Positions 12,501-22,899 of a stretch of DNA of 64,000 nucleotides are shown here, piece after piece. The stretch spans positions 14,012,001 to 14,076,000 of the forward strand of contig CM052847.1 of assembly GCA_028534125.1 (NCBI GenBank). Reading direction: 5' to 3'. The stretch is from Lama glama (Eukaryota). Positions within the stretch are counted from its first letter, which is position 1. Every line of letters begins with the position of its first letter. Made by a program: the position numbers and the translations under genes. Under the pieces are notes generated by a model. That model searched no databases. It was not told the origin of the DNA and saw only the letters and a program-made list of their open reading frames with translations.

Positions 12501-14215
12501 CCGCTGCAAGCTGACCGCACGGCCCCCCACGCCCGCCTCCCCAACCCCTCTACCCTCCACCGGCCAGGGAGCACCACCCAGGAGGGCTCCCCTAAGCCTG
12601 CGGTTCCCCCGGTGGGAAAGAGCCCAGGGTCCCAGGGGAGACATCCAGCCCTCACCCAGCTCCGTGGGTTGCTTCACGGGAACCCTCCCCCAGTCCCACC
12701 CCACAGGGCGGCAGGGGAATCTGACCGTGCTGGGGGAGGCGGAGGGCTTCTAACAACCAAGACCAGCTCCCAGCCGGCGGCTCTGCTTCCCCGGGCGTCC
12801 GCCGTTCAGACTGGAAACGCGGCGTCTGTCGGCCCCGAGCCCGCCCTCGCAATGCCCGCCGGGAGCTCGTTCAGAGCCCCGCCCACCGCTGAGTGCTTCC
12901 CCCGGGCCCAGCGGGCCGAGAGCCTGAGCCGGGCCTTCCTGGCCTGGGAACCCGTTCTCCACGCCACCTGGGCCTCGAAGCTCACCTGCGGCCCCGCCCG
13001 CCGCGGAGCCCAGCTGCCGGCCCTCTGGCCCTCGCGCCCAGGGAGCTGGGCCAGAGCGCACGGGAAGCCGAGGCCCACCTGCCTGCCGACAGTGGCACTG
13101 AGACAGAGCACAGCCTGTGGTTCCCTGCCTGCAGAGCAACCCCACGGCCCTGTCCACGGGGAATTCAGCGCACAGTCTGGCCTAATCAGGGCCCCTACAC
13201 AATGAGCGGTACAAGCCCTGGGTCCCTTCCTGCTGCTCGGCCAGGGAAGGAAGCTAACTCAGAGCCCGGCTCACTCCCGAGTGTAGCACCCAGTCCCGAC
13301 AGTCCAGTAAGCCCGACCAGAGAGCCCGGGCAGCAGCAAAGCCCATCCTGCAGCCTCACTGGGGCAGAGAACCAAGCCAGCAGTCTTAGCCAACAGCTCT
13401 GAGAGCACCCCCCCGCCCCGCTTCAGGGCTTCAGGCCTTGCCCCAGAACAGACCCTGAGAGCAGGTCCCACCCGCCCAAGAACGTTACCAGCAGACACAC
13501 CCAGAGGGTCAAGAGACTGGCTAGGGAAAAACTGTCTCTGGACAAACGGGCCTTTCAAATCTGGAAGAGGAGCCCACTTACTCAAATGCTCTGATACCAA
13601 TGTAAGGAATCAAGGATTACAAAAATTCAGGTAAACATGAGACCGCCAAAGCAGACAAAGCTCCAATAACTGACACCAGAGAAACGCAGATCTATGAACT
13701 GTGACGGAGTTCAGAACAATCCGCTTGAGGAAGTTTAGTGACCTACAAGAACGCACAGACAACTGAACGAAAACTAGGAAAACAATGCAGAAAAAAAGTG
13801 AGGAAGTTCAACAAAGAAACAGAAACCCTTAGAACCAAGAAACCAAATCCTAGAGTTGAAAAATACAGTGACTGAACTGAAGGATTCAACAGAGTTTTAA
13901 AAATCAGACTCGAACATGCAGGAGAAAGAATCAATGGCCTAGAAGACAGGATATTTGAAATTACCCAGTCACTGCAGCAAAAAGAGAAAAAGAATGAAAA
14001 AGAGTGAAGAAAGCCTACAGGACCTATGGGACACAATCAAAAGAACTAATATCCACACTATGGGAATTTCAGGAGAGAGAAAGGGCCAGAAAGAACATTC
14101 AAAGCAATAATGACTGAGAGCTTCCCAAACTTGGGGAGAGAAATGGACATCCAGATCCATGATGCCCAAGGGACCCCAAACAGGCTGAACTGAATAGGGT
14201 TACAAGGTTCTAAGA

Positions 14216-14360
14216 GGGGAGAGGATAGCTCAGCGGCAGAGTGCATGCCTAGCATGCACAAGGTCCTGGATTCAATCCTCAGTACCTCCATTAAAAAATA
14301 ATAATAAATAAACCCAATCACCTTCCCCTCCAAAAAAAGAAAAAGAAGAAATAAAAACAA
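14216..14360 (+). mobile_element. tRNA-Ala-derived SINE (camelid Vic-1-like) nested in L1 ORF1
   Basis: tagctcagcggcagagtgcatgcctagcatgcacaaggtcctggattcaatcctcagtacctcca (A/B boxes), then an A-rich tail with a ccct spacer. Confidence 0.85.
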
Positions 14361-15944
14361 TAATTTTTTTAAAAAGTCAAAGACAGAATTTTGAAAGCAG
14401 CAAGAGAAAAGAGAGAAGTTACATACACGGAAACCCCCATAAGACTGTCAGAAGATTGCTCAAAGCAAACTTCAGGCCAGGAGAGAATGGGATGATTCAT
14501 TTGAAATACTGAGAGTAAAAAACTGTCAACCAAGAAGTCTGTATCAGGTAAAACTGTCCTTCAGAAATGAAGGAGGGAGAAAGATTTCCCTAAACAAACA
14601 TAAGCTTGAGGGAGCTCATGACCAGGAGACCTGCCTTACATGAAATGGTAAAGGGAGTTGAGTGGAAGTAAAAGGAAACTAACATCGTAAAACCGTAAGA
14701 AGGTAGCATAAAACTCACTGGTAATGGTAAATATAAATTCAAAATTAATTTCTGTACTATGGTAATACAAGTCTAAAAGTCAAAAAAGTAAAAATAATCG
14801 TAACTATAAAAACCTATTATTGGACACAATATGAAAAACATGTAAACTGTAACATCAATAATTAAAATGTCAGAGGAGGAAGAACAGACATAAGTGTCAA
14901 GTTTAGGAACGCTGTCGAAGTTAAGTTGTTACCAGTTTAAAGCAGGGCATTAAAATTTTAAGATACTTCATGTAAAACTCATGTAACCACATGGAAAAAA
15001 CTGTAGTAATTGCACAAAAGAACATGATAGAGAAGTCAAAGCGCAGTGATACCCAAAGACATCAAAACACAGAAAAATGCAGCAGGGTAAGAAACAAGGA
15101 ACAATTGACTCTTATTTTGTGGTTGGCTTTATTCCTTTGATAACTATGTAAGTTTAAAAAGCTAAAGCTCTAATCTTTTCTTAGAAACAATGATCAGTAC
15201 ATATATGTGAACTAAAAAAATGTGCAGTATATTGTATGTGTATTTACATGCAATATAATGTATATGTGTAGTCAAACTGTAATAATTCTACCTAATAAAA
15301 CTGAAAAGAAAAACTAAATAAAAGGAACCATGGATCTACAAAGCAGCCAGAAAACAATTAACCAAATGTCAAAAGCAAGCCCCTATCAGTAGTTGCTTTA
15401 AACATAAAGATATTAAATTCTCCAATCAAAATAAAAAGAACAGCTGAATGGATGAAAAAAAAGTAAGACCCAACAATATGCTGCCTACAAGAGACTTGCC
15501 TTTAGCCATTAAGACAGTTAACTGAGACTGAAGTGATGGAAAAAAGATATTTCAAACAATAGTAATCAAAAAGTAGGGAGAGGTAGCTATACTTATGTAT
15601 CAAACAAAATTGATTTTAAACTAAAAATGATCAAGAGACAAAGAAGGTAAGGTCATTATATAATGATAAAGGGTCAATCCTTCAAGAAGATAAAACAACA
15701 AAATGAAGAAGACAAGCTACAGAATGGGAAAAAGTATTTGCAAACCATGTATCTGATATCTTTCNNNNNNNNNNNNNNNNNNNNNNNNNNNNNNNNNNNN
15801 NNNNNNNNNNNNNNNNNNNNNNNNNNNNNNNNNNNNNNNNNNNNNNNNNNNNNNNNNNNNNNNNNNNNNNNNNNNNNNNNNNNNNNNNNNNNAGTCAACA
15901 GGGAAATGCAAATCCAAATGACAATGGAGACCAGTGTGGGGGTT

Positions 15945-16059
15945 GGGGAGGTGGGGATAGTTCAGTGGTAGAGTGCATGCTTAGCATGCACGAGGTCCCA
16001 GGTTTAATCTTCAGTACCTCCATTTAAAAAAGTCTAAAATTAAAAACAAACGAAAAAAA
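15945..16059 (+). mobile_element. tRNA-Ala-derived SINE nested in L1 ORF2
   Basis: tagttcagtggtagagtgcatgcttagcatgcacgaggtccc...; A-rich tail; flanked by repeated gacaatg (degenerate TSD). Confidence 0.85.
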
Positions 16060-16829
16060 GACAATGAGGTACTTACCTCATGCCTGTTATAATGGCTACT
16101 ATCAATCTACCATCTGATCCAGCAATCCCACTTCTGGGAACATATCCAAAGGAAACAAAAACACCATGTCAAAGAGATATCTATACCTCCATGTTCATAG
16201 CAGCATCACTCACAATAGCCAAAACATGGAAAACAACTTAAATGTCCACTAATGAAGAAGTTGTGGGGTCTGTGTGTACGTACATATGTACATGTGTACA
16301 CACATAATGTATGATGGAATATTATTCAGTCATTAAAAAAGAAGGAAACCCTATTTGTGGCAACATGGATGGACCCTGGCAGCATTATTCTAAGTGAAGT
16401 CAGTCAGCGAGAGAGAGACAAATACGGTACAATCTCATATGTGGAATCTTTAAAAAAGAAAAAGAAAGAAAAGAAATCTAACTCATAGAAAAGAGGTGGG
16501 GGAAGGGGAACTGGACAAAGGTGGCCAACAGGCACACACCTCCAGTTAGAAGATAAATAAGCACCAGCACTGTAAGGTACACCATAATGACTACTGTTAA
16601 CTCTGCTGCGCGATATGCAGGAAACTTGTAAATCCTAAGAGTTCTCACCACAAGGAAGACACTTTTGTTGTTGTTCTCAGAATTTTTGGTATCTGAGATG
16701 ACAGACGTTAACTAAACTTACTGTGGTAATCTCTTCACAATATATGTAAGTCAAATGTATTATGCTGTACATCTTAAACTTAGTGCTGTATGTCAATTCT
16801 ACCTTAATAAAACTGGAAAAAAAGGCACT

Positions 16830-18541
16830 GAGTTATAAACATTATTAAATTTTATTAACAAAAANNNNNNNNNNNNNNNNNNNNNNNNNNNNNNNNNNNN
16901 NNNNNNNNNNNNNNNNNNNNNNNNNNNNNNNNNNNNNNNNNNNNNNNNNNNNNNNNNNNNNNNNNNNNNNNNNNNNNNNNNNNNNNNNNNNNNNNNNNNN
17001 NNNNAATTATCTACAAAAGATNNNNNNNNNNNNNNNNNNNNNNNNNNNNNNNNNNNNNNNNNNNNNNNNNNNNNNNNNNNNNNNNNNNNNNNNNNNNNNN
17101 NNNNNNNNNNNNNNNNNNNNNNNNNNNNNNNNNNNNNNNNNNNNNNNNNNNNNNNNNNNNNNNNNNNNNNNNNNNNNNNNNNNNNNNNNNNNNNNNNNNN
17201 NNNNNNNNNNNNNNNNNNNNNNNNNNNNNNNNNNNNNNNNNNNNNNNNNNNNNNNNNNNNNNNNNNNNNNNNNNNNNNNNNNNNNNNNNNNNNNNNNNNN
17301 NNNNNNNNNNNNNAGTGATTGCATCTCCAGTTGTTTAATTTATACTCTCTCATACTGTCGCACCAGGAGCGGGGCTACCCAACGTGGAAGGGCTGTAATA
17401 CAGATTTCACCTGTTTCAGGAACTGTAGTGGTGGGTTTAGTCTTGTTTTATTTGTTTGAAATCATTGTCAATAATGGGAAGTTGTCTAAATTAAGAACAA
17501 AAAAGAATTCTTACCAAATCCATTCATTTTCCTTGTGACTCATTAGTGGATAAACACCCAGGTAATAGTTTTGCCTGAGCTACCTACAGTGGCATAGTAA
17601 GTTTTTAATAAAGGCAGAACCACGGGGACAGCTGCTGGTACGACACCGACTACTCCCGCTACTCGCAAGGACTAACGCACGCGGGCTCAGCGGTCCGGAG
17701 CCCTCTCAGCACAAGGCAGGTGCTAACAGGCACTTGACGCAGGCCAAACCCTACCAGCAGTTTCCAGAGTGGCCCCTCTTTCACTTTGAATTGATCTGGT
17801 TCCCCCAGCAGCCTTAGAACTGGCTTAACTCAAGGTTTCCTTAAAATATGAGTAGGCCTTAAAACCAAAGAAAAGGCATTTAGCGAAAGAAAATTATCTT
17901 TAGCAGAAGCAGACATTTACCATTCTAATTTGATTACCAAAATTGGCCAAATCCTATTAGAAAGGAAATTTTTATAATAAAGATTGCCAAGTCCCAGTGG
18001 ATGACCTATTTATTTGTAATATTTAACCAATAAAATTCCAGTAGAAGAAATTAAGACAGTTTCTTGAAGTTTCTTTTTAAGATTGGACTCACAGAGCAAG
18101 CATTCTAAAACCCAAAAGACCGTATTTCATATTCCAACTCGTACAAATAAAATCAAATCGTTTATAAATGGAATAAGTCTTTAGTTTTGCTATTCATCTC
18201 TCCAATTTGTAACAAAATTAGTTGTGTACCAATTATATTAAATTTCTCTTAGGTTGATAAACTCATTGCATGTAAATTATTTCACTGACAAAAGTTAGTT
18301 ATTAATTCTTTTTCAAAGTTCAAAAAATCTGGGTGGGGTGGGGGATATGAGAATTCCGTTTCAGTGCAACAAAGCAAGAAAATCAACCAAAGCCTTAAAG
18401 ACTGCGCGTGTGGCAGTTAACCCTTTGTCGTGCAGTGGTTTTCGTGCTGCGTCTCTTCACAGGTGCACAGAGGCTGCAGGTGCAGCGGGGGGGGGGGGGG
18501 CAGAGCAGCAGGACCGGCGATTTCTACTCGCTTCTCAAGCG
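16830..18541 (-). other. MLLT10: MLLT10 3' UTR (~1.7 kb)
   Basis: Mostly AT-rich, repeat-free sequence from the stop codon to the AATAAA at 16856-16851. The exact end is inferred. Confidence 0.75.
16851..16856 (-). terminator. MLLT10 distal poly(A) signal AATAAA
   Basis: Plus-strand tttatt; last hexamer before unique sequence gives way to the L1. Other AATAAA hexamers at 17447-17452 and 18009-18014. Confidence 0.7.
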
Positions 18542-18586
18542 TCAGCTTTTCTCTTGAGCAACAGGCCCAGTTTTATCACTAAGTCT
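18542..18586 (-). CDS. MLLT10: MLLT10 last coding exon (RLSDKTGPVAQEKS*)
   Basis: ttaactgcAG acceptor; recognised AF10 C-terminus; TGA at 18544-18542. Confidence 0.95.
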   Translation of the reverse strand, partial: RLSDKTGPVAQEKS

Positions 18587-20368
18587 CTGCAGTTAAAGCA
18601 AGCAAAATCAGATGCATTAGTGAAATCAATTTTTGGCCCACACTTGAGGTAATATCCTCTTAACTGAAATTGTAACTGAGATAAAAGGTGGTATATATAA
18701 TTATTCCTTTTTTTCCTACAAGCTGGCATGGCTACTCCTCAGCACAATATAAAGACATGAATTTACTGGCAAACATTCAGTTGCTTTACACTCAGTTCAG
18801 CAGTATACAAAGACAGATGTGCCCCTCTGAGGGAAATCTCGTAAGGAATGAATATAAAAATCACCCCCCCAAGTTAACTTTTCCACAGAAGTAGGGACAC
18901 AGTAGTGTGGAAAATGAAAGTCATGGGTTCTGATCCCACATGTGCCATTTGTCCTTTGAACGTTAACCTCTTTATTAAGTATCCTTTTACTAATCTACTT
19001 TAAAAAAAAAAAAGGGGGTTCAAGCCTATTATTATTTTAAAGATTGGAACCACATATATTGTTATATCTAACAAAGATGCCCTGCACATTGTGGGGTACT
19101 CATAAGTATTATTTCCCAGCCTTGCTTTTTTCCATTAGGTAATTAATATTGTTTATTTTATAGTGTTTACTATTGTGGTTTTCCACTAAAAATTACATTT
19201 CATATTGTACAACTCAGGGAAAGTTCGCTTATAAGCTTGTAATTCATTCACTCTTTAATACAAGAAAAAACTTATGAGGAAAGAAAACAGTTAAAAAAAT
19301 TCTAAATTAATGCAAAATCACTGAGATTTCCCGTGTCAGCACAACTAGGTTTGTGGTGATTCCCAGTCAGGGAGTCAGGGGAACAACAGGTCAAACACAA
19401 AGCACTGAAGAGGTAATGAAAACCAGTAACACTATACGTTGAACCAATTCTTGTTACTAAAAACAAATTAAAGTTTCTGAAGACTAAAAGCACAGTAAAC
19501 AGCAAGCTTTCAAAGTAACGGGAAAGAGCAAACATTGTGACTTTTAACACCATTATTTGCCAAGTCTCCCNNNNNNNNNNNNNNNNNNNNNNNNNNNNNN
19601 NNNNNNNNNNNNNNNNNNNNNNNNNNNNNNNNNNNNNNNNNNNNNNNNNNNNNNNNNNNNNNNNNNNNNNNNNNNNNNNNNNNNNNNNNNNNNNNNNNNN
19701 NNNNNNNNNNNNNNNNNNNNNNNNNNNNNNNNNNCTTAAAATGTGTGTGACTATAAGGTACAGTACACCGCTCCTGCACCCATCCTTATTTATCTTAACT
19801 TGTACACTGAGAGAGTAAGAAGCTAGCACACAACATCAATAAAAAACTTAAATTTCATTACAAATGTGACTATGATTTACTTTCTATCTGACAGACTAAC
19901 TGTATTGTCCTAAGCTTTACATATTAATTTTACTATAAATATAATTCAGTTTTAGAGAGTACTTCTGAGCAAAGTAATAGAAATATTCCTAAATTGTCTA
20001 GACTATTTCTATAATTAAACAAATCACTTAGACAAAGATTCTCAAAACACCACTATTATCTTTTGATTGGATGGTCCCGTACCACTTACGATAACTAAAA
20101 CATATTTTCATTTTGAAAACTGCTGAATTATAAAACAGTCTCCCAATCTTATGTGCAAATTCAAACTGATACATTTAGGGGATATATAAATTGGCTTAAA
20201 TTCTTTGTGTTTACAATATCCAGCTGCTGAAACAACTGGTTTTAAGAAGAAATTATCAGGGGATAATATATTTTTTAAAAAAAGAGTGCCTAGGGAGACA
20301 ATCATCTCTGATTATCAATAAGATTCATCTGATGATTCCACTAGCTACAATAAAGCACAGATACTTAC

Positions 20369-20578
20369 TGTCACCTTCTGACTGGTACTGTCGCCGTGGA
20401 TGGTGAGGAACGGGTTGGTGGTGGCTGGGTGAAGCGGGGGGGCCTGAGTGCCTGCGAGCAGGTTGTTTATGGGAATCTGCGTGGGTGCCGGGAGCTGCAG
20501 CTGCTGTAGATCAGGCTGGTGGTGCTGCTGGTGGTGATGCTGCTGCACCAGCTGATACAGAAGGGCCTGGTGCTGCTC
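20369..20578 (-). CDS. MLLT10: MLLT10 penultimate coding exon (210 nt; EQHQALLYQLVQQHHHQQHHQPDLQQ...IHGDSTSQKVT)
   Basis: ORF 20345-20548. acctcAG acceptor and GTaagt donor; phase 0 to 0. Confidence 0.95.
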
Positions 20579-20999
20579 CTGAGGTCAGACACGTGGGAGA
20601 GGGTGAGTTCCCAGCCACAGACCCAGCAGTCTGCACAGCCTGCCTCCGCCCTTCTCATTACTCTGACATCAGGTACTTAAGTGAAGTCGAAGTCACACCC
20701 CTAAGACAGTAAGTATCTCATCTGGAGAACAGGCCGCACTAGGTAATGACCCTTCACTACACAATCTCAGTATCACCAGTGAGTGTCCTCACCTTCCAAA
20801 TCAGGCAAACAAACGTAGGAGACCCCTGTTCAAGTGAGGCTTCCCCTGACCATCAAGGAGACCTGTGTTTGGCTTTAGAATGCTCTGTGCGGGGAAATCC
20901 TTCCCATAATTCTGGGAACTTAAAGTAACTTCCACAATTCTCGTTCACGCCAACAGAAAGAGTGCTCTCCTCCTGTGATTATGAGACTGTTCTTCCCAG

Positions 21000-21920
21000 C
21001 AAGCATTCCTGAGTACTTACTGTGTGCTGAGACATATATTTAGTGCCCGAGACACATGGAGGTGTGGGGGGGGGGATCCCTGCCCTTAGGCAGCCTATCC
21101 TGCAGGGAAGAAACGTGAGGACGTGATCACTGCCAGGGGTCAGGGTCTGGCAGAAGTGGGGTGCTCAGGGGCTCTCACTTGGATGCAGCCTCGAGGAGAC
21201 TCGGGGTTCCAGGCAGAGGGGAACCCTACCCATTGCTGGGGCACCAAGCACGACAGAAGACCAGGAAGGAGACGGGGGGCGGAGGGCAGCGAGCAGCGAG
21301 GGCAGGATGGAGGCCTGCAGTGTCGGCCAAGAACTCAAAGTAACATGGGAAGGCAGAGGCAGTTTTGAGCAGAGGAGCAACACAACCTGACAGGATTTCT
21401 TGATGGAGTCAATGCGAGGTGTCAGGAGAGGAGCTGTATCAACGGAGAGGGAAGGCGTGTGGAGGATCAGCAGTTCAGGTAGGACATGTTAAGCCTGAAC
21501 TGTCCATTATGACAGCCAAGGGGCAGCACCAAGACAGCAGTGGACACAGGAGTTTAAAATTTCAGACAGGCCTGGGCTGAGACGTCAGTGTCTGCACTTA
21601 GATGGCACCTAAAGCTACGCGGCTGGAGGAGATCCTGAATTCTAGGACTCTGAAGTAAGTGGCGCTGAGGAGAAGAGGAACCAGGAAAGGGAGCTAAAAA
21701 CCAAGATAATGTGGTATCCTGGGAGCAAAGGGAGAGAAGCATTTTAAGGAGGAGCCGTTACCAGGTTCTGTCAAACGCCGTTATCAGGTCAGGTAAGATG
21801 AAGATGGAAACTGACAGGACTAAACGCCGGGCAGAACCACCAGGCAGCAGCCAGTGGGAGAGGAGGGCCGAGGGAGAGTTCTTCCTGAGATGGGAGAGGT
21901 AAGTGTGTCTCCTAATACAG
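21000..21920 (-). mobile_element. L2 LINE fragments
   Basis: agcattcctgagtacttactgtgtgct; ttttgagcagaggag; ggacatgttaagcctga; tgtcaaacgc..t.a.caggtca.gtaagatgaag. Strand approximate. Confidence 0.6.
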
Positions 21921-22899
21921 TTCCTGGTGATATAAAGTCCGATGCTTGTACGTGAACAAGCCTCAGCCCACAACAATGGCTGGAAGGATGAAGAAGAATT
22001 TAAACCACTCAGTCCTCACGGTCTCTGAGCAACAATTTATGCTAAATATTCCTTTATCAACCATGTTCAAGAAATGAGAAATCTGTATGTGCTATTATTA
22101 GAGTAAAATCTTGATTAACAGGAAGAACCCCAAATAAACTGAATTTCAGTGCTTCCTATTAAGATGAAGCAAGAGGTAAGAGATCACATTTCAGTGTAAG
22201 CATTTAAGAATTTATATACAACCTATCTTCATACCACTGGAAGAACAGTGACAGCGAAAATGATGATACAGAATCAAAACAGACATCTTTGATGTATTTT
22301 TGATTAAAGCAAGAAAGTAGGTGGATGTATTTTAGAAAGAAATTACAGGCAGAAACCCTGAGTTAATCAAACAGTGCGTCCCGCGGCAGTCTAACTGTGC
22401 GGTGTGCTAGGCACAGGCTGAGGGAAAGGCTGCCCCTCGTCAAGCTGGTCTTGCTGCGACTGACGGGGGCGGGGACCTCAGCAGTGCTGCCCTGGCACGG
22501 GAGCTGCTCACTGCCACTCCTGTCCTGGCTCTCTCTCCCTCTTCTCCGGGACTCCTGCTCCACACCTTCTCCCTGCTCTAACCAGTGTCCCTATCTCCCT
22601 CAGCTGGTGACTTTACTTACAATTCTAATTTAAAAACTGGAAACATGAGAAGTGAGCTTCCTACTACCATAAGACCCGCCGTGCCTCCCTCATCACGGGG
22701 AAGCTGCCCCCAGCTCCTCTCCCCCGTGAGGAGCTCTGAGGCCTGCACCCTTCCTCTCTCCTGCACCAGAAAACTCCCCGTCAACACACAGGCATGCTGT
22801 CCTTTTCTGAATGAACAGAAACTACCCCGGAGACCATGTCTTTCTAACGTTGGTTGCCCATTTCTGCTTTTTACAGCAAAACAGTTCCAGTGGCCCAGA

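Larger units (their letters stand above)
12321..16823 (+). mobile_element. L1 LINE (L1MA9/L1M3-like) with 5' UTR, decayed ORF1, internally deleted ORF2 and 3' UTR/poly(A)
   Basis: L1-type 5' start (gcagtatcaccaagctggtgac). ORF1-like ~13640-14680 (gacctatgggacacaatcaaaagaactaatatcc; gcagcaagagaaaagagagaagttacatac). ORF2 endonuclease start ~15366. ORF2 C-terminus (gaatgggaaaaagtatttgcaaacc). 3' end aataaaactggaaaaaaa. Family name from memory. Confidence 0.85.

Noticed and set aside
12612-13402. 197-aa and 169-aa ORFs
   Set aside because: They lie in the GC-rich L1 5' UTR and encode no recognisable protein.
14216-14292. Apparent tRNA-Ala genes (also ~15950 and ~51810)
   Set aside because: Disrupted stems, A-rich tails and TSDs in two copies identify them as SINEs.
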